Position numbers and translations under genes: made by a program
Part shown: piece by piece, positions 1 through 8,534 of the stretch
How the letters are laid out: the number at the start of each line of letters is the position of its first letter
Position numbering within the stretch: the first letter of the stretch is position 1
The notes under the pieces: model-generated
What the model saw: only the letters and a program-made list of their open reading frames with translations
Told to the model about the DNA's origin: nothing
Databases searched by the model: none
Origin: an uncultured Bacilli bacterium
GTDB lineage: Bacteria > Bacillota_I > Bacilli_A > RF39 > UBA660
Direction: 5' to 3'
NCBI GenBank assembly: GCA_934140575.1
Contig: CAKPBJ010000005.1
Span: 19,385-83,384 of the forward strand
Length of the DNA stretch: 64,000 nt

Positions 1-1476
1 GGTGGACATCCAGAAGATTCATTAAAAATAATTGATTCATGTGATAAGGATAGAACTGGAACTACAGTTCATTTCTTACCAGATGATGAAATATTTACAG
101 AAACTACTGTCTATGATTATGATGTATTGAAAACTAGACTTCAAGAACTTGCATACTTAAATAAAGGTTTAAGAATTACTTTGTATGATGAGAGAGAAGC
201 TGATAAAAAAGATTCTTTCCACTATGAAGGTGGATTAGTTGAATATGTTCAAATGCTTAATAAAAATAAAAATCCTATTCATGAATCTATTATTGAAGTT
301 GAAGGTGAAGAAAATGATATAAGAATAGAAGTTGCTTTGCAATATAATGAAACATATAATTCTAGCATTTATTCATTTGTTAATAATATTATTACACCTG
401 AGGGTGGTACTCATGAAGATGGTGTTAGAAGAGCTCTTACAAGATGTTTAAATAAGTATGCTTCTAGTGCTGGTATTTTAAAGGAAAAGGATGATCCTCT
501 AACTGGTGATGATGTTAGAGAAGGTCTTACAATGATTATATCAGCAAAACATCCGAATCCTCAGTTTGAAGGTCAAACAAAAACTAAGCTAGGAAATAGT
601 GAAGTAAGAGGAATAGCTGATAAGATTTTTTCACAAGCTTTAGAAAGATTTTTAATGGAAAATCCTGATCAAGCTCGTATTATTATTGAAAAGTCAATGA
701 CTGCAAGTAGAGCAAGAGTTGCTGCTAAAAAAGCAAGAGAATTAACTCGTAGAAAAGGTGATTTAGATGTTACTAATTTCTATGGAAAATTATCTGATTG
801 TAAGAGTAAAGATGCTTCAGTTAGTGAAATTTTCTTAGTCGAGGGTGATTCTGCTGGTGGATCTGCAATTAAGGGTAGAGATAGTATGACACAAGCTATA
901 TTGCCTTTACGTGGAAAGATTTTAAATGTAGAAAAAGCTAGATTAGATAGAGCTTTAAGTAATGAAGAAATTCGTACAATAATTACTGCTTTTGGAACTG
1001 GTATTGGAGAAGAATTTGATTTATCTAAGTTAAGATATCATAAGATAATTATTATGACTGATGCTGATGTTGATGGAAGTCATATTCGTGTATTATTATT
1101 AACTTTATTCTATCGCTTCTTTAGACCAATAGTTGAAGCAGGACATGTATATGCTGCTCAACCTCCATTATTCTGTATAAAACATGGAAAAACTATTAAA
1201 TATGTTTTAAATGAAGATGAAAGAGATGAATATTTAGCAACTTTATCTCCTAATACAAAGTATGATATTGCTCGTATGAAAGGTTTAGGAGAAATGGATG
1301 CTGAAGAATTAAATGAAACTACAATGGATATACATAAGAGAGTTTTAAGACAAATTACTGTTGATGATACAATAGCTGCTGATGAAGTTTTCTCAAAACT
1401 TATGGGTGAGGAAGTTGAACCAAGACGTGAATTTATTGAAACTAATGCTACTTATGTAGAGAATCTTGATGTTTAG
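1..1476 (+). CDS. gyrB: DNA gyrase subunit B, C-terminal ~490 aa (5' end upstream of window)
   Basis: Frame 1 is open from base 1 into the listed ORF. Has Toprim/GyrB tail motifs [29 protein letters not shown]. gyrA follows 9 nt later. Confidence 0.97.
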   Translation, partial: GGHPEDSLKIIDSCDKDRTGTTVHFLPDDEIFTETTVYDYDVLKTRLQELAYLNKGLRITLYDEREADKKDSFHYEGGLVEYVQMLNKNKNPIHESIIEVEGEENDIRIEVALQYNETYNSSIYSFVNNIITPEGGTHEDGVRRALTRCLNKYASSAGILKEKDDPLTGDDVREGLTMIISAKHPNPQFEGQTKTKLGNSEVRGIADKIFSQALERFLMENPDQARIIIEKSMTASRARVAAKKARELTRRKGDLDVTNFYGKLSDCKSKDASVSEIFLVEGDSAGGSAIKGRDSMTQAILPLRGKILNVEKARLDRALSNEEIRTIITAFGTGIGEEFDLSKLRYHKIIIMTDADVDGSHIRVLLLTLFYRFFRPIVEAGHVYAAQPPLFCIKHGKTIKYVLNEDERDEYLATLSPNTKYDIARMKGLGEMDAEELNETTMDIHKRVLRQITVDDTIAADEVFSKLMGEEVEPRREFIETNATYVENLDV

Positions 1477-1485
1477 GAGGGTTTT

Positions 1486-3957
1486 ATGGATAGATTAGAA
1501 AAAAACAATATAGTAAAAGAGGTACAGGATTCGTTTTTAGAGTATTCAATGAGTGTTATTGTTGCTCGTGCATTACCTGACCTTAGAGATGGTTTAAAGC
1601 CTGTTCATAGACGTATTTTATATTCTATGTATGAATCAGGTTATACACCAGATAAACCTCATAAAAAGAGTGCTAGAATAGTTGGAGATGTTATGGGTAA
1701 ATATCATCCTCATGGTGATTCTTCAATTTATGAGGCAATGGTAAGAATGGCCCAAGATTTTTCTTACAGATATATGCTTGTTGATGGTCATGGTAATTTT
1801 GGTAATATTGAAGGTTATGGTGCAGCTGCAATGCGTTATACTGAATCAAGACTTTCTAAAATATCACTTGAATTATTAAGAAATATTAATAAAGATACAG
1901 TTAATTTTACTCCTAATTTTGATGAGAGTGAAAGAGAGCCAGAAGTTTTACCTTCAAGATTTCCTAATATATTAGTTAATGGTACGACAGGTATAGCTGT
2001 TGGTATGGCAACTAATATTCCTCCTCACAATTTGAGTGAAGTAATTGATGGTTGTGTTGCTTATATTGAAAATCCTGATATTGATTTAGATGGATTAATG
2101 AAATATATTAAGGGGCCTGATTTTCCTACAGGAGCCATTATTCTCGGAAATAGTGGAATAAGAAAAGCTTATGAAACTGGTAGAGGAACAATAACTATTA
2201 GAAGTAAGGCTACAATTGAGGAAAATAATGGTAAACAACAAATTATAATTGATGAAGTTCCTTATGGAGTTAATACTTTAGAGTTAAAGAATAAAGTTGC
2301 TGAATTGGTTCATAATAAGACAATCGAAGGTATTGCTGATTATCATTCAGACTTAAAAAATGGTATAAAAATTACGATAACATTAAAAAGAGATGCAAAT
2401 GCTCAAGTAGTATTAAACAAATTATATAAACATACTGCTTTTCAAACATCATATGGAATTATATTTTTGATGCTTGATCAAGGTGTTCCAAAAACTCTTG
2501 GTTTAAAGGATATAATAGTTAAATATATTGATTATCAAAAAGAAGTTATTATTAGAAGAACTAAATTTGATTTAGATGTTGCTGAAAAAAGAGTACATAT
2601 ATTAGAAGGGTTAAAAATAGCTTTAGATAATATTGATGCTGTTATTAAAGTAATTAGAGGTTCTAAATCAGATGAAGAGGCTAGAAATGGATTGATAAAT
2701 GGTTTTTCATTAACAGAAATTCAAGCAAATGCAATTTTGGAGATGAGATTGCGTCGTTTAACTGGTTTAGAGCGTGAAAAGATAGAAAATGAACTAAATG
2801 ACTTACTAAAGACAATTGCTGAGTTAAAAGCCATTTTAGCTAGTGATGAGAGGATATTAGAGGTTATTAAGAATGAATTATTAGAAATTAAACAAAAATT
2901 TGGCGATGAGAGACGTACTAATATTGATATGACTGCAATTGAATATATTGAAGATGAATCTCTTATACCAGAAGAAGATATTATTATTAATTTGACTAAT
3001 AATGGTTATATTAAGAGATTAAGAAGTGATACTTATAAAACTCAAAATAGAGGTGGAGTTGGTATTAAGGGTATGTCAACAAATGAGGAAGATTTTGTTG
3101 AAAAAATACTTTCTATGAGTACACACGATTGGATTTTATTCTTCTCTAATAAGGGTAGAGTTTATAGAATGAAGGGTTACGAAGTACCTGAATTTTCTAG
3201 ACAATCTAAAGGATTACCAATTATAAATTTATTGCCACTGGAAAAAGATGAGAACATTAGTTCGATATTGAGTGTTAAACAGGATGATGATTTTACAAAA
3301 TATTTAATATTTGCTACTAAGAATGGTATTGTTAAACGTACTCCGATTGAAGAGTTTGACAGTATTAGAAAAGGTGGTAAAATTGCTATTGTTTTAAAGG
3401 AAAATGATGAATTAATAAGTGTAAAAAAGACTTGTGGAAAAAATGAAATTGTAATCGGAGCAAGTAATGGACGTATGGTTCGATTTGATGAGAATGAAGT
3501 TAGATCTATGGGTAGAAGTAGTTCTGGTGTTAAAGGTATTGATCTTGATGGTGCTATAGTTGTTGGTGCGGAGGTTGTTGAACCTGGACATATGGTTCTT
3601 ATAGTTACTGAGAATGGTTATGGAAAACAAACTTTGATTGATGAATATAGATTAACTCATAGAGGCAGTAAAGGAGTAAAGGCTTTAAATATCACAGAAA
3701 AGAATGGTACAATGGTTTCTTTAAAAACTCTAATGCCAAATGCTCATCTTGATTTAATGATTATGACTGATAATGGTATTATTATTAAACTTCCTTTAGA
3801 GCAAGTTTCTACTTTGAAAAGAGCTACACAAGGTGTTAGATTAATGAATTTAAAAGAAGGTCAAAAAGTAACTACAGTAGCTTTAGTTGAAAAAGAAGTT
3901 GAAGAAGAAGATAATTCTGAGAATAATTCAGAAGAGTCAAGTATAGAAGAAGCATAA
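1486..3957 (+). CDS. gyrA: DNA gyrase subunit A
   Basis: 823 aa. Has [21 protein letters not shown] and AAMRYTE (catalytic Tyr) motifs and a C-terminal beta-pinwheel. GGAGG RBS upstream. Confidence 0.98.
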   Translation: MDRLEKNNIVKEVQDSFLEYSMSVIVARALPDLRDGLKPVHRRILYSMYESGYTPDKPHKKSARIVGDVMGKYHPHGDSSIYEAMVRMAQDFSYRYMLVDGHGNFGNIEGYGAAAMRYTESRLSKISLELLRNINKDTVNFTPNFDESEREPEVLPSRFPNILVNGTTGIAVGMATNIPPHNLSEVIDGCVAYIENPDIDLDGLMKYIKGPDFPTGAIILGNSGIRKAYETGRGTITIRSKATIEENNGKQQIIIDEVPYGVNTLELKNKVAELVHNKTIEGIADYHSDLKNGIKITITLKRDANAQVVLNKLYKHTAFQTSYGIIFLMLDQGVPKTLGLKDIIVKYIDYQKEVIIRRTKFDLDVAEKRVHILEGLKIALDNIDAVIKVIRGSKSDEEARNGLINGFSLTEIQANAILEMRLRRLTGLEREKIENELNDLLKTIAELKAILASDERILEVIKNELLEIKQKFGDERRTNIDMTAIEYIEDESLIPEEDIIINLTNNGYIKRLRSDTYKTQNRGGVGIKGMSTNEEDFVEKILSMSTHDWILFFSNKGRVYRMKGYEVPEFSRQSKGLPIINLLPLEKDENISSILSVKQDDDFTKYLIFATKNGIVKRTPIEEFDSIRKGGKIAIVLKENDELISVKKTCGKNEIVIGASNGRMVRFDENEVRSMGRSSSGVKGIDLDGAIVVGAEVVEPGHMVLIVTENGYGKQTLIDEYRLTHRGSKGVKALNITEKNGTMVSLKTLMPNAHLDLMIMTDNGIIIKLPLEQVSTLKRATQGVRLMNLKEGQKVTTVALVEKEVEEEDNSENNSEESSIEEA

Positions 3958-3972
3958 GGCTTCTTTTTTTTT
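3948..3972 (+). terminator. Intrinsic terminator after gyrA
   Basis: Hairpin agaagc/gcttct overlaps the stop codon and is followed by a T8 run. Confidence 0.6.
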
Positions 3973-3991
3973 AATTGTTTAAAATTAAAAT

Positions 3992-4007
3992 TATTTCCCG
4001 GGAAATA
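3992..4007. promoter_or_regulatory. Noc-binding site (NBS), perfect 16-mer TATTTCCCGGGAAATA
   Basis: Exact match to the published NBS palindrome. It sits inside a 26-bp perfect palindrome AAAATTATTTCCCGGGAAATAATTTT (3987-4012). Confidence 0.75.
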
Positions 4008-4135
4008 ATTTTATGTTTAATTTAAGCAATTTACATTAGCATTTGTACATCTTTAATAATTTAAATTGCTTAAAATGCATTTTGTTTAAACCTATACTTT
4101 CCACACATTTTGTTATTTTATGTATGATGTATAAT

Positions 4136-4151
4136 AGTTTCACGTGGAACA
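4136..4151. promoter_or_regulatory. parS-like site (14/16 to palindromic consensus)
   Basis: aGTTTCACGTGgAACA. It is one mismatch from the B. subtilis-type TGTTCCACGTGAAACA read on the other strand. A degenerate DnaA-like CTTTCCACA lies at 4097-4105. Confidence 0.5.
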
Positions 4152-4230
4152 TTTATATTTTTTCACAAATATAGTTACAAATAAATCTAGTAAATTTACA
4201 TATCAATAGGATTTGGGAAATATCTAAAAT

Positions 4231-4246
4231 TATTTCCCGGGAAATA
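4231..4246. promoter_or_regulatory. Noc-binding site (NBS), perfect 16-mer
   Basis: TATTTCCCGGGAAATA inside the same 26-bp palindrome (4226-4251). It lies 19 bp upstream of the parS at 4266. Confidence 0.75.
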
Positions 4247-4265
4247 ATTTTAAAATTAAATGTTA

Positions 4266-4292
4266 TGTTTCACGTGAAACATTCTTTCCACA
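4266..4292. promoter_or_regulatory. Perfect parS (4266-4281) plus degenerate DnaA box (4284-4292)
   Basis: TGTTTCACGTGAAACA exact. It is followed by CTTTCCACA (7/9 to TTATCCACA). Confidence 0.75.
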
Positions 4293-4405
4293 GAAAAAGC
4301 AGAAAATATAAAATTAATTAATTATATAAACTTTTTTTGTTGTAAAATTTAAATAAAGTTTATATTTTATTGGCGTTGAAATAATTATTATGTTTAAATT
4401 TATAA

Positions 4406-4421
4406 TATTTTCCCGGAAATA
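4406..4421. promoter_or_regulatory. Degenerate NBS (14/16)
   Basis: TATTTTCCCGGAAATA. It occupies the same position in repeat unit 1 as the perfect NBS at 4815 does in unit 2, and lies 20 bp upstream of the parS at 4442. Confidence 0.45.
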
Positions 4422-4441
4422 AAAGTTTAATAAATTGGTAA

Positions 4442-4466
4442 TGTTTCACGTGAAACATTATCCACA
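4442..4466. promoter_or_regulatory. Perfect parS (4442-4457) directly abutting perfect DnaA box (4458-4466)
   Basis: TGTTTCACGTGAAACA then TTATCCACA with a 0-bp gap. Confidence 0.8.
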
Positions 4467-4678
4467 AGAAAAGTTGAAATACTATGATAATATAAATTTT
4501 CAACAAAAAAAGTGATAATTAGCATAAAATATTATATTTTATAGAATGCAGATACTTATATAACTTATAATAGTATTGATTCTTATATTTTTCTTAAATA
4601 TCAACAAATATTGAGTGTTATATCTAATTTTATTACTCTTTTTTATGTTGTCTATATAAAAAATATAATTTAAATTTA

Positions 4679-4703
4679 TGTTTCACGTGAAACGTTATCC
4701 ACA
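4679..4703. promoter_or_regulatory. parS 15/16 (4679-4694) abutting perfect DnaA box (4695-4703)
   Basis: TGTTTCACGTGAAACg then TTATCCACA. Confidence 0.75.
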
Positions 4704-4814
4704 GAAAAAGTAGAAAATATAAAATTAATTAATTATATAAACATTTTTTTGTAAAATTTATATATAGTTAATATTTTATTGGTGTTTAAATAATTATTAT
4801 ATTTAAATTTATAA

Positions 4815-4830
4815 TATTTCCCGGGAAATA
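4815..4830. promoter_or_regulatory. Noc-binding site (NBS), perfect 16-mer
   Basis: TATTTCCCGGGAAATA, 20 bp upstream of the parS at 4851. Confidence 0.75.
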
Positions 4831-4850
4831 AATGTTTAATAAATTAGTAA

Positions 4851-4876
4851 TGTTTCACGTGAAACTATTATCCACA
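4851..4876. promoter_or_regulatory. parS 15/16 (4851-4866) plus perfect DnaA box (4868-4876)
   Basis: TGTTTCACGTGAAACt, one base, then TTATCCACA. Confidence 0.75.
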
Positions 4877-5094
4877 AGAAAAGTTGAAATACTATGATAA
4901 AATAAATTTTCAACAAAAAAAGCGATAATTAGCATAAAATATTATTGTTTTTATAGAATGCAGATACTTATATATCTTATAATAGTAATAATTCTCTAAT
5001 TTTTCTTAAATATCAACAAATATTGAGTGTTATATCTAATTTTATTACTCTTTTTTATTTATATTTTCTATATAAAAAATATAATTTAAATTTA

Positions 5095-5121
5095 TGTTTC
5101 ACGTGAAACAATTTATCCACA
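5095..5121. promoter_or_regulatory. Perfect parS (5095-5110) plus perfect DnaA box (5113-5121)
   Basis: TGTTTCACGTGAAACA, 2 nt, then TTATCCACA. Followed by a very AT-rich stretch. Confidence 0.8.
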
Positions 5122-5215
5122 AAAAATGATAATAATTGAATTTAAAGAAAAAAAGTCACAAATATTATTAATAATTATATTTATATTTACTTTTTCAGCA
5201 GTTTATAATACAATA

Positions 5216-5296
5216 TGTATGTGCAATGAAAGTGATTGAAACAGGTCAGGATTGGAAAATAGCAGCCTTAAGGTCCTCCTTTCATGTGCACTTTTT
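5216..5296 (+). ncRNA. ffs: Small (4.5S-type) signal recognition particle RNA
   Basis: Contains CAGGTCAGGattGGAAaatAGCAGCCttAAGG, which matches the conserved SRP domain IV (CAGGUCAGGuccGGAAggaAGCAGCCAAGG in E. coli 4.5S). The closing stem is gtgcaatgaaag/ctttcatgtgcac, followed by a T-run. A TATAAT lies at 5204-5209. Confidence 0.8.
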
Positions 5297-5311
5297 ATTT
5301 TGGAGGAATTT

Positions 5312-5761
5312 ATGAATTTAAAATATATGGAAGAAGCGTTTAATTGTGCTAAAGTTGCTTATAATCTTGATGAGGTGCCAATTGGGGCTGTAATTGTAAA
5401 AAATAATGTTATTATTGGTCGTGGTTATAATAAAAAAGAAAAAAATATGTCTGTTATTGCTCATGCTGAAATTATCGCTATAGAGGAAGCAGCAAAATAT
5501 TTAAATAATTGGAGGTTAGATGGATGTGATATTTATGTAACTCTTGATCCTTGTCCTATGTGTGCAAGTGCAATTAAGCAATCACGAATAAGAAATGTGT
5601 ATTCTGCATGTAATAATTCATTTATAAATAACGAAAAAATTTTAAAATTAATTTTTGAAAGTGATAATACAAATCCTAGTGTCAATTATGCTTCTAATTT
5701 AAATGTTGAAAAATCACAAAAAATGATGAATAGTTTTTTTAAAAAGCAAAGAAATGATTAA
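5312..5761 (+). CDS. tadA: tRNA-specific adenosine deaminase
   Basis: HAE and PCPMC zinc motifs of CDA-fold deaminases. GGAGG lies 6 nt upstream of the ATG at 5312. The ORF-track start at 5252 would overlap the SRP RNA. Confidence 0.9.
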   Translation: MNLKYMEEAFNCAKVAYNLDEVPIGAVIVKNNVIIGRGYNKKEKNMSVIAHAEIIAIEEAAKYLNNWRLDGCDIYVTLDPCPMCASAIKQSRIRNVYSACNNSFINNEKILKLIFESDNTNPSVNYASNLNVEKSQKMMNSFFKKQRND

Positions 5762-5775
5762 AATCTTTGCTTTTA
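5744..5775 (+). terminator. Possible terminator/hairpin at tadA 3' end
   Basis: Stem aagcaaaga/tctttgctt followed by a short T-run. Confidence 0.4.
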
Positions 5776-5801
5776 TGTTATAATAGTTTTTAATTGGAGG
5801 G

Positions 5802-7574
5802 ATGAATGTGTATCATGCTTTATATCGAAAATATAGACCGAAAGACTTTGATTCTGTTGTTGGGCAGGATTCTATTATTAAAACTTTAAAAAATTCAATA
5901 ATTCATAAAAATTTTTCACATGCATATATGTTCTTTGGTCCTAGAGGTACTGGAAAAACTTCAGTATCGAAAATTTTTGCTAGAAATATTAATTGTTTAA
6001 ATCCAAAAAATGGTATTGCTTGTGAGGAATGCGACGCATGTAAAGTTTCCTTTTCTAAAGATTGCGTTGATATTATTGAAATTGATGCCGCATCGAATAA
6101 TGGTGTTGATGAAATACGTGATTTAAAGAATAAAATTTCTCTTGTTCCAAGTGAATTAAGATACAAAGTTTATATAATTGATGAAGTTCATATGTTATCT
6201 ATTGGAGCATTTAATGCGCTATTGAAGACTTTAGAGGAGCCGCCGGAACATGCAATATTTATATTAGCTACTACTGATCCTCAAAAAGTTCCTGAAACTA
6301 TTGTTTCTAGATGTCAATGTTTTTCGTTTAAACGTATATCAGATAATGCAATAGTCGATAGATTGAGATATGTTTGTAATTGTGAGAATATTGAAATTGA
6401 TGATAATGTATTAGAAAAAATTTCAATTTTATCTGATGGTGGCTTACGTGACTCGTTAGGAATGCTTGATAAATTAGTTTCTTATTCTGATCATAAAATT
6501 ACTATTGAAGATTTTAATGATGTAAATGGTGTTGTTTCGGATGAAGATATTTCTAAATTTTTAGATTATATTTTAACTGGAAATATTGTTGAAATTTTAA
6601 ATTTTATTAAATATGTAAACGATAGTGGAAAAAATTTAATTCAAGTTATTACTCAATTAATAGTTTTTTCTAGAAATATGGTTGTGGATTATTATATTTC
6701 TAAAAATGATATTAAATATTCAGTAGATTTATTACAAAATTTTCTAAATTTAATTAACGAAAAAATGTTCGATATAAAAAAGAGTGGTAATACTAAAATT
6801 TATATTGAAATGTTTTTGTTGAAATTTGTAGATGATTATATTTTAAATACTAATTCTACAATGATAAAAGTTAGTAATGATGTGAATAATCATATAAATA
6901 AGACTAATAATGGAATAATGAAGTCAAAAATAAAATCTGATAATAATTCTAATCCTATTTTTGATAAAACTGTAGGCTTAAATTCAGATTTTAATGAGAA
7001 AAAAATTGATAACTCTAATGTTTCTTTAAATGATAATGGTAATAATTATATGGATGATAAAAATGATGATTATGATAATAATGATTTAGTTTCAATACCT
7101 AAAATTACTAATATTGATGAAATTATGAAGGTAAGAGTTAATAATACTTTAGCGAAGGCTGATAAAAATTTATTAAGATTGGAAATGAAAAATTTTACTT
7201 TACTTAATGATTATACTTTTGATCAAGAAATTGGTTATTTAGTATGTGCAATTTTAGATGCTAAATTACGTGTTGTTAGTAATGATTGTCTTGTTTTAAG
7301 TTATGATTATGATTCTAATGCAAGACAAAATCTGAATAATCTTGAAAAAATAACAGATGTTTATAATAAAATTACTAATTCTAATAAAAATATTGCGATT
7401 ATTACTGACGAATATTGGGAAAAGGTTAAGAATGAATATATTTTAAATATAAAAAATAATGTAAAATATGAGGTTGTTGAAGAACCTGAACCTATATTTG
7501 AAGAATTAAAAAATAATGATATAATAACAAGTAGTGCAGTAGAACTATTTGGTGATATTGTGGAAGTTGAATAG
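5802..7574 (+). CDS. dnaX: DNA polymerase III subunit tau (gamma/tau)
   Basis: YRPKDF, GPRGTGKTS Walker A, a C-x2-C-x-C zinc module, DEVHML and SRC motifs. The central linker is Asn-rich and low complexity. Confidence 0.95.
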   Translation: MNVYHALYRKYRPKDFDSVVGQDSIIKTLKNSIIHKNFSHAYMFFGPRGTGKTSVSKIFARNINCLNPKNGIACEECDACKVSFSKDCVDIIEIDAASNNGVDEIRDLKNKISLVPSELRYKVYIIDEVHMLSIGAFNALLKTLEEPPEHAIFILATTDPQKVPETIVSRCQCFSFKRISDNAIVDRLRYVCNCENIEIDDNVLEKISILSDGGLRDSLGMLDKLVSYSDHKITIEDFNDVNGVVSDEDISKFLDYILTGNIVEILNFIKYVNDSGKNLIQVITQLIVFSRNMVVDYYISKNDIKYSVDLLQNFLNLINEKMFDIKKSGNTKIYIEMFLLKFVDDYILNTNSTMIKVSNDVNNHINKTNNGIMKSKIKSDNNSNPIFDKTVGLNSDFNEKKIDNSNVSLNDNGNNYMDDKNDDYDNNDLVSIPKITNIDEIMKVRVNNTLAKADKNLLRLEMKNFTLLNDYTFDQEIGYLVCAILDAKLRVVSNDCLVLSYDYDSNARQNLNNLEKITDVYNKITNSNKNIAIITDEYWEKVKNEYILNIKNNVKYEVVEEPEPIFEELKNNDIITSSAVELFGDIVEVE

Positions 7575-7592
7575 AAAAAGGAGAATATATAT

Positions 7593-7889
7593 ATGAATAT
7601 GCAAGCTATGTTAAAGCAAGCTCAAGCTTTACAAAAAGATATGATGAAAGTAAAAAATGAAATTGATGAAACTGAATTTGTTGGTGAAAGTTCAATGGTA
7701 AAAGTCACTTTAAAAGGAACTAGAGAAGCAGTCAGTGTTGAAATTGATTGTGATGATAGTTTAGATAAAGATGATATTGAAATGTTACAAGATAGTTTGG
7801 TTTTAGCTATTAATGATGCAAATAAAAAAATCGATAAATTAACTGAACAAAAGATGGGTAAATTTGGTAATATTCCAGGTTTATTTTAG
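7593..7889 (+). CDS. ybaB: Nucleoid-associated protein YbaB/EbfC
   Basis: 98 aa with MLKQAQALQKDMMKVKNE at the N-terminus. Conserved position between dnaX and recR. Confidence 0.9.
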   Translation: MNMQAMLKQAQALQKDMMKVKNEIDETEFVGESSMVKVTLKGTREAVSVEIDCDDSLDKDDIEMLQDSLVLAINDANKKIDKLTEQKMGKFGNIPGLF

Positions 7890-7898
7890 GAATTATGT

Positions 7899-8495
7899 AT
7901 GTATCCAGAGAGTATTAAATGTTTGATTGAATCTTTTAAATATTTACCTGGAATTGGTGAGAAAACAGCTGAGAGATTGGCTTTTTCTGTGTTGGGATTG
8001 GATGATGAACAAGTCGAATTATTTTCTGAGAGCTTAGTTGATGTCAAATCAAAAATACATAAATGTAGTAAGTGTAATACTTTAACTGAAGATAATTTGT
8101 GTTATATATGTTCTGATGAAACTCGAGATTCTAAAACCTTATGTGTTGTTGATGATTGTAAAAGTGTTTTTCTTTTTGAACGATTAGGTATGTTTAATGG
8201 TAAATATCATGTGTTGGATGGGTTAATTTCGCCTTTAGATGGAATTAATCCTGAGGATATTGGATTAGATAAATTACTTGATAGAATTAATGATGAAAAG
8301 TTTGAAGAAATTATATTTGCATTTAAGCCAAGTATTGAGGGGGAAACGACAACATTATATATTAAAAGAGTTTTAGAAGGATTGAACATAAAAATTTCTA
8401 GATTGGCAAGTGGTGTTCCAATTGGTGCTGATATTGAATATGTAGATGGTTTGACTTTAGAAAAAGCATTAAATGATCGTATAACTATAGAATAA
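7899..8495 (+). CDS. recR: Recombination protein RecR
   Basis: LPGIGEKTAERLAF helix-hairpin-helix, a C4 zinc finger (CSKC..CYIC) and a Toprim domain. Confidence 0.95.
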   Translation: MYPESIKCLIESFKYLPGIGEKTAERLAFSVLGLDDEQVELFSESLVDVKSKIHKCSKCNTLTEDNLCYICSDETRDSKTLCVVDDCKSVFLFERLGMFNGKYHVLDGLISPLDGINPEDIGLDKLLDRINDEKFEEIIFAFKPSIEGETTTLYIKRVLEGLNIKISRLASGVPIGADIEYVDGLTLEKALNDRITIE

Positions 8496-8534
8496 AAAAA
8501 ATATATATTCATAATCTTTAATGGTGAATATTAT

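Larger units (their letters stand above)
4266..5094. repeat. Tandem direct repeat, 2 units of ~413-416 bp (4266-4678, 4679-5094), roughly 90% identical by eye
   Basis: The units align end to end. Each carries parS+DnaA box, an AT-rich spacer, an NBS and a second parS+DnaA box. A third, diverging unit starts at 5095. Confidence 0.9.

Noticed and set aside
3958-5215. Whether the repeat region could be a CRISPR array, an IS or MITE, or a decayed rRNA/tRNA locus.
   Set aside because: The repeat period is about 414 bp, not 28-37 bp repeats with unique spacers. There are no cas genes, transposase, terminal inverted repeats with target duplications, or rRNA/tRNA signatures. The recurring elements are exact matches to known protein-binding palindromes instead.
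6776-6791. An E. coli-like dnaX -1 frameshift heptamer A AAA AAG in the zero frame (ATA AAA AAG AGT GGT AA). A -1 slip would read AAA AAA GAG TGG TAA and terminate, closely echoing E. coli A AAA AAG AGU GA.
   Set aside because: The site falls at about residue 326, inside what aligns as the last helix of clamp-loader domain III (..DIKKSGNTKIYIEMFLLKF..), so the product would lack part of the collar. I see no upstream SD-like element and no stable downstream stem-loop. Lys-Lys AAA-AAG runs are frequent by chance in this AT-rich genome. It would be worth a western blot only if someone is already studying this dnaX.
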